Source of the DNA: Patescibacteria group bacterium
Lineage (GTDB): Bacteria > Patescibacteriota > Minisyncoccia > UBA6257 > GWB1-50-10
NCBI GenBank assembly: GCA_038065455.1
Contig: JBBTQX010000010.1
Span: 1 to 28,982 of the forward strand
Length of the DNA: 28,982 nucleotides
Direction of reading: 5' to 3'
Below the pieces are notes generated by a model, which was not told the origin of the DNA, did no database searches, and saw nothing but the letters and a program-made list of their open reading frames with translations. Positions within the stretch are counted from its first letter, which is position 1. Every line of letters starts with the position of its first letter. Of this stretch, positions 24,528 to 28,982 are shown piece after piece. The translations under genes were made by a program, and so were the position numbers.

Positions 24528-26012
24528 TCAATGACACAGATTGTACAATGTTACTGTAGCCAAACAAGTACCGATAGTACAAGTGCTACCACTAAACCAG
24601 CCAGTCGGATAACCAGAATCTGGAGGTCTTGCTTCTACAATGTTGAGGATAAATTTTATAAATTTTGATAAATAAAAATCATTTTTAACTAATTTTAGGG
24701 GTGTATCTATCCTTGCTATTGCACATAGGTTTGAAGCGGTAGATATATCACCACAAGTATCAAAAGTTGAACTAAAACTATAATTAATACATAAGTTATC
24801 TGGAGGTTGTTGTTGTGAAGATATTTGCGCATATACTGTAGGGCCGGTAGCGGAAGTGGTTTTCCAGCCGCCTTCTATGCTACCGTTGCTACAGTTATAA
24901 TCAAAACTCCCATCGCCGCGGTTGGTATAGTAATAATTCGTCTGGCCGGGATAAGCTAGTTCAGCATTGGTCGTGGCAGGATCGGCATCGTAGCAGTCCG
25001 TACTTGTCGTCACGGGAACCTGATAGTGGGACCCTGTCCCCTGCCCATTCACAGCATTCATACGAACATAACCAGTCCAAGAAGCTGTACTAGACGTATA
25101 AATTTGAGTTCCAGAAGCATAGCCATCACCATCACCATCCCGGAAAAATGGATAAGCCTGAAGTATTTTTGCATCACCAGTAATAGAATTAGTTGGAGTG
25201 CCTAATTTACCAGTTCCTATAGTTATTTTAGTCCCAGGAGCAAAAGCAATGGTAGCTGGGCCAGTAAAAGACACTGTAAAACCATTAATAGTCGAATTCC
25301 CATCAAAAGCTTCTACTCCGGTGCCAACAGAACAATTACCAGTAAGAGCGCCGGCGCTATTATAGTTACAAACTGGGTCGGACCAAGCCAAAGTCATAGA
25401 ATCCAAGCGACCCTTGGAATCTTCTACCACAAACCTAGTGTGGTAAGTTCTAGTATGAGTATCCTCCACCACCCACTCTCCCCTATAACGGTATTGAACC
25501 ACACCATCCACAGCTTGAATTTTTTCTATCAAATTACCAACTAAGTTTTTATTTTCTACAACTAAATCGTTAATAACTAAAAATCCATTTTTATCTACAG
25601 AATAAGCCGATGGTTTTTCTTCTAATGTAGAAACTGGAGCCGAAGACTCCATTTTTAATTCCACCATCTTTACTGTGTTATCCGTCTCTATCTCCGCCCA
25701 AACTCGCTTTAATTCTACATCACTATTTATTGCCACCAACATCTTCTGGGTGTCTCCCACCTTAACATCTAGGGGATCAATAAAACCGGTAACAAATTTT
25801 GGAAATTTATCGGCACCGCTGACGGAGAAGGAATATTCTCCTTTGGGGATAGACCACTCCTGACCTTGAGCATTTATATAAGATACCAAGCCCAAATCAG
25901 CCACAGGAGAACTGACCGTGGAACGATATTTTATAAACGTCCAAATTCCACCCAAGCCAACTATAACTACCAAGAATCCAACTAAAACCAGGTTTTTATT
26001 ATTTTTATTCAT
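24528..26012 (-). CDS. Membrane-anchored Cys-rich surface protein with MopE-like putative metal-binding motif
   Basis: N-terminal TM; RDGDGDGYASG and DCYD....YPG....DYNC motifs. Confidence 0.7.
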   Translation of the reverse strand: MNKNNKNLVLVGFLVVIVGLGGIWTFIKYRSTVSSPVADLGLVSYINAQGQEWSIPKGEYSFSVSGADKFPKFVTGFIDPLDVKVGDTQKMLVAINSDVELKRVWAEIETDNTVKMVELKMESSAPVSTLEEKPSAYSVDKNGFLVINDLVVENKNLVGNLIEKIQAVDGVVQYRYRGEWVVEDTHTRTYHTRFVVEDSKGRLDSMTLAWSDPVCNYNSAGALTGNCSVGTGVEAFDGNSTINGFTVSFTGPATIAFAPGTKITIGTGKLGTPTNSITGDAKILQAYPFFRDGDGDGYASGTQIYTSSTASWTGYVRMNAVNGQGTGSHYQVPVTTSTDCYDADPATTNAELAYPGQTNYYYTNRGDGSFDYNCSNGSIEGGWKTTSATGPTVYAQISSQQQPPDNLCINYSFSSTFDTCGDISTASNLCAIARIDTPLKLVKNDFYLSKFIKFILNIVEARPPDSGYPTGWFSGSTCTIGTCLATVTLYNLCH

Positions 26013-26060
26013 TAGTTTAAGTATATCAAATTAACCCATATTTAGGTCTATTTTTATATA

Positions 26061-26133
26061 TTGATTCTTTTAATATGGTATGGTATAATACTATTAGAAA
26101 CTAAATAACTAAATATAAACTACAGAAAGGAGG
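26061..26133 (+). promoter_or_regulatory. Sigma70 promoter and Shine-Dalgarno of the T9SS-CTD gene
   Basis: TTGATT (26061-26066), 17-bp spacer with TG extension, TATAAT (26084-26089), and AGGAGG (26128-26133) 8 nt before the ATG. Confidence 0.75.
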
Positions 26134-26141
26134 GTTGGGTT

Positions 26142-27551
26142 ATGAAAAACTCAATCATAATGTTGATAGTAGTGGTAAGTGTGGGTTTTGCCGGTTATCC
26201 TCAATTAGTTTTTCAGAAACAGACGACCCTTGGCGGGAGTAATGATATAGCCAAGGGATTTGGAATAAATAGTTCAAATTTTCTTATTTGGGGGTGGCAA
26301 GATATAAATGTTCCGAACAAGCTTCGCACCTCAGTCAAAAGTTTGGACACAGATTTTTTAGAAAAATGGTTAGTACTAGACTCTGAAGCAACCCAGGGCT
26401 TATCTGGAGCGTTTCCATTAAATAATAAGTCAACTGTTCTTTATAGCAAAGACTTATATTCTTCCAAGGGTCGCTTACTGTTTTTGGACTCCAATGGAAA
26501 ATTGCTGAAAAAAATTGAATATAATCAAGGGTTAGCGCTGGGTAAGGTGGACGGTCTAGCTTTCTGTATTTCCGATAAGGCCGAGGCCTATAACGAAAAT
26601 GGAGAGTTGGTTTTCTCTTGGCCGATGGACTACAACGGCTCAACCAATGTTTCCATTCGCTCGTTAGGGGAATTTATTTGGATATCCTCTTTTGGCGCCA
26701 AAGTTTTTGTGGAAAAACGCAAAAAACTTACCGGTGAATTAATTTGGAAATACGAAACCGAAGGAGTGAAGTCATTTGGAGATTTAGATGAAGATGGTAA
26801 TTTTTATATGGGATTTTCCAAATACCAAATGGATTCTCTTTGGATTCTCCAATACCAGGTGGTAAAGGTAAACTCGGAGGGGTTAGAGATTTGGCGAAAG
26901 GCCTGGCACGCTAGAAACACGCCACTAGGCAAAACTCAAACATTCTGCCAAGGACTAACTCTGAATAAAGAGAAGAACCTAGTTGTCTTAGCTGGGCAAA
27001 TTCAAAAAGGGGAAAACCGAATGAATGGAGAAAGGTCCGCCTACATAGCTGGACTCGCCATGAGTACTGGAGAAATTCAATGGGATAAAACCTGGGATTA
27101 CTCTGGGACTTGGGTTTCCAGCGCAGACGGAGTCTTGTTCTGGGGAAATGATCTCTTTGTGCTATCTCATAGCTACTCTAGTTCCACTGGAGCAATTCCA
27201 AATGTAATTTACTTGGAAAAGTACAAGGTGGATAAAGTTCTCTCGGTTGGAGATCCTAAACCAACACTCCCCTCCGAATTCCGTTTGGAGCAGAACTATC
27301 CGAATCCGTTCAATCCTAGGACGATGATCCGGTTTGAGATGCCGAAACAAAGCTTAGTAAGACTGGCGGTTTACGATATTCTTGGCCGGGAGGTGAAACT
27401 TCTGGTTCAGGAAATCAAATCAGCCGGCGTTTACGAAACCGATTTCGATGCCTCGGAATTGCCGAGCGGAACATACTTCTATCGCCTCCAAGTCTATGGA
27501 AGTTCAACTTCCATATTTACGGAGACGAAGAAGATGATTCTGATGAAGTAG
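26142..27551 (+). CDS. Secreted probable beta-propeller protein with T9SS type A sorting-like C-terminal domain
   Basis: Signal peptide, repeated G...W motifs, and C-terminal FRLEQNYPNPFNPRT.I.F...VRLAVYDILGREV..LV...SGTYFYRL...TKKMILMK. Confidence 0.85.
   Translation: MKNSIIMLIVVVSVGFAGYPQLVFQKQTTLGGSNDIAKGFGINSSNFLIWGWQDINVPNKLRTSVKSLDTDFLEKWLVLDSEATQGLSGAFPLNNKSTVLYSKDLYSSKGRLLFLDSNGKLLKKIEYNQGLALGKVDGLAFCISDKAEAYNENGELVFSWPMDYNGSTNVSIRSLGEFIWISSFGAKVFVEKRKKLTGELIWKYETEGVKSFGDLDEDGNFYMGFSKYQMDSLWILQYQVVKVNSEGLEIWRKAWHARNTPLGKTQTFCQGLTLNKEKNLVVLAGQIQKGENRMNGERSAYIAGLAMSTGEIQWDKTWDYSGTWVSSADGVLFWGNDLFVLSHSYSSSTGAIPNVIYLEKYKVDKVLSVGDPKPTLPSEFRLEQNYPNPFNPRTMIRFEMPKQSLVRLAVYDILGREVKLLVQEIKSAGVYETDFDASELPSGTYFYRLQVYGSSTSIFTETKKMILMK
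27495..27515. repeat. REP-like palindrome, family 1 variant, in frame in the CTD
   Basis: TATGGAAGTT-C-AACTTCCATA, encoding YGSSTSI. Confidence 0.8.
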
Positions 27552-27560
27552 TAATAAAAC

Positions 27561-27590
27561 ATGGGTGGTGTACTTAAGTACACCACCCAT
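27561..27590. repeat. Palindrome family 2, intergenic; probable terminator between convergent genes
   Basis: ATGGGTGGTGTACTT|AAGTACACCACCCAT, perfect 30 bp, followed by TATTTTTT on the plus strand. Confidence 0.85.
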
Positions 27591-27610
27591 TATTTTTTGA
27601 AAATTCGGAT

Positions 27611-28982
27611 TTATTTTAGAAGCTTGTCCAAGTTCATGCCTTCCACCTCGTCCCCTGTTCGGAGATTGCCGTCTTTCTTCGATGCGTCAAAGCGTGGGGC
27701 GGTCAAACGATATGAGATTTCGAGATTTCGAGATTTCGATGAATCGAGATTTTGAGATTTTGAGATTTCGAGATTAGACGGTTCGGCGTGAATAATTATT
27801 TTGCCGTCTTTCTTTTCATACCATGCATTGCCGTTAAAATTATGAGCTAGTAAAACGGTTATACCGTTTATCACGTTCTCCACTGAGGTTCTATAAACCT
27901 TTCCATCGTTTGAGAGATAGTCGCGGGCATCAATATTGATAGTTTGAGCAAACATCCACAAATCACTGCCCTCTTCGGCATTTTTCAAATCCAAAATCGC
28001 TTTGCCATTTTTAAGATTAACAGTTCCTGCAGTTTCTTCTTTTAATCCCGTCATACCGGCCATATAGGTAGCATATTTTTTGCCCTCTATGGTATATGGC
28101 GGGTCTACTTCATTCGCATTTACCTTGTTCACGGTAAGATTGTTCTGAATAGTGACATTTCCAGTATCAAAAATGGTCATTAAATCAGTGCCGGGATAGG
28201 TCGCGGTATCCGCGCCGAAATGGATGGCCTGACTTGATTCATTATTATCGGAATCGATGTTGAAATAAAGCTGGTCGTCGGTGTTCACCATTGCATTAAT
28301 CGTGCTAGGCGTGCCGAGCTTCAATACCACCGAGCCGTTCGAGGTGCCACCGATAATCGCGGCTCCGGCAACACTAAGGGCAGTAGCAGGGGTAGTGGTA
28401 CCGATGCCGACGTTGCCAGTGCCTTCAAGAGTCATTACCTGCTTTGTTCCGACCGTTCCAACAGCATCAGTGCCATAATTCCACAAGTAAAAATCAATAT
28501 CATTCCCTGCTGCCGCAGTCGAATTGTGGCGTGTCTTAATTGCGTGAGCATAACTTATGCCGCCTCTGTCATATCCAAAAACAATTTGATTATTACCAAA
28601 ATAAGATGAGTTGTTGCCAGCTTCCAAAAGTAAAGCCGTGTTAGTTCCACTAGTCCCACCGGTTTGATAAACATCCAACTTCGCCCCCGGACTCGTCGTC
28701 CCGATGCCGACGTTGCCTGTTCCTGTTTGTAATTGAATGACTCTTGTTCCTGTTCCATTGTCAACAAATAATTGTAAATCTCCGGATTCTTGATTTCCAA
28801 TAGAAGAAACTAATCCGCTTTGTTGAATTATCATTCCATCGCTGGCAATAGAACCAGTGGTGGAGTTTATCAATTGAAAAGTCGGACTTGATGCCGCATA
28901 TAAAGACAACAATCTTCCCGGACTCGTCGTCCCGATGCCGACGTTGCCTTGATTATTAATTGTCATTCTAATATTCGTATTA
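27611..28982 (-). CDS. C-terminal part of a large GNVGIGT-repeat (tail-fibre-like or adhesin-like) protein; 5' end lies outside the window
   Basis: Three GNVGIGTT(S/T)P repeats; the frame stays open from 28966 to the window edge. Confidence 0.8.
   Translation of the reverse strand, partial: NTNIRMTINNQGNVGIGTTSPGRLLSLYAASSPTFQLINSTTGSIASDGMIIQQSGLVSSIGNQESGDLQLFVDNGTGTRVIQLQTGTGNVGIGTTSPGAKLDVYQTGGTSGTNTALLLEAGNNSSYFGNNQIVFGYDRGGISYAHAIKTRHNSTAAAGNDIDFYLWNYGTDAVGTVGTKQVMTLEGTGNVGIGTTTPATALSVAGAAIIGGTSNGSVVLKLGTPSTINAMVNTDDQLYFNIDSDNNESSQAIHFGADTATYPGTDLMTIFDTGNVTIQNNLTVNKVNANEVDPPYTIEGKKYATYMAGMTGLKEETAGTVNLKNGKAILDLKNAEEGSDLWMFAQTINIDARDYLSNDGKVYRTSVENVINGITVLLAHNFNGNAWYEKKDGKIIIHAEPSNLEISKSQNLDSSKSRNLEISYRLTAPRFDASKKDGNLRTGDEVEGMNLDKLLK
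27714..27777. repeat. 8-bp tandem repeat (GAGATTTY) x8 inside CDS
   Basis: GAGATTTC x3, GATGAATC, GAGATTTT x2, GAGATTTC, GAGATTAG. Confidence 0.9.

Noticed and set aside
27561-27755. 64-aa plus-strand ORF starting MGGVLKYTTH
   Set aside because: It starts inside the palindrome and runs antisense to the large repeat-protein gene, so it is an artefact of the repeat.

Overview
This window most likely comes from a Patescibacteria (CPR, Parcubacteria-like) genome; the taxonomy is inferred from the 16S features and gene content. It runs as follows. (1) The 5' half of a 16S rRNA gene (minus strand) with a consensus promoter, then rpmE, rplY, a coiled-coil lytic transglycosylase and an N-terminally shortened RF1. 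(2) A minus-strand sugar-phosphate cluster (fba, unknown 418-aa protein, PfkB kinase, split transketolase, rpe, rpiB, gap) interrupted by an AT-rich REP-associated HUH/Y1 transposase (RAYT-like). (3) Secreted or surface proteins with phospholipase C-like and lamin-tail domains. (4) A dense toxin-antitoxin array (MNT/HEPN, AbiEii-type, two RelE-like pairs, one HEPN remnant). (5) A MopE-motif protein, a protein with a T9SS-type C-terminal domain, and the end of a large GNVGIGT-repeat protein. The most notable signal is a set of small palindromic elements. One 21-37 bp family sits before, inside and after the RAYT, also brackets the two RelE modules, marks the breakpoint of the HEPN pseudogene, and occurs in frame in an unrelated gene. 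A second 26-30 bp family lies mostly inside surface-protein linkers. Three 120-140 bp inverted-repeat elements lie between genes. TA modules are also separated by copies of the signal-peptide start of the downstream surface gene. All family assignments come from motif recognition, not database searches.
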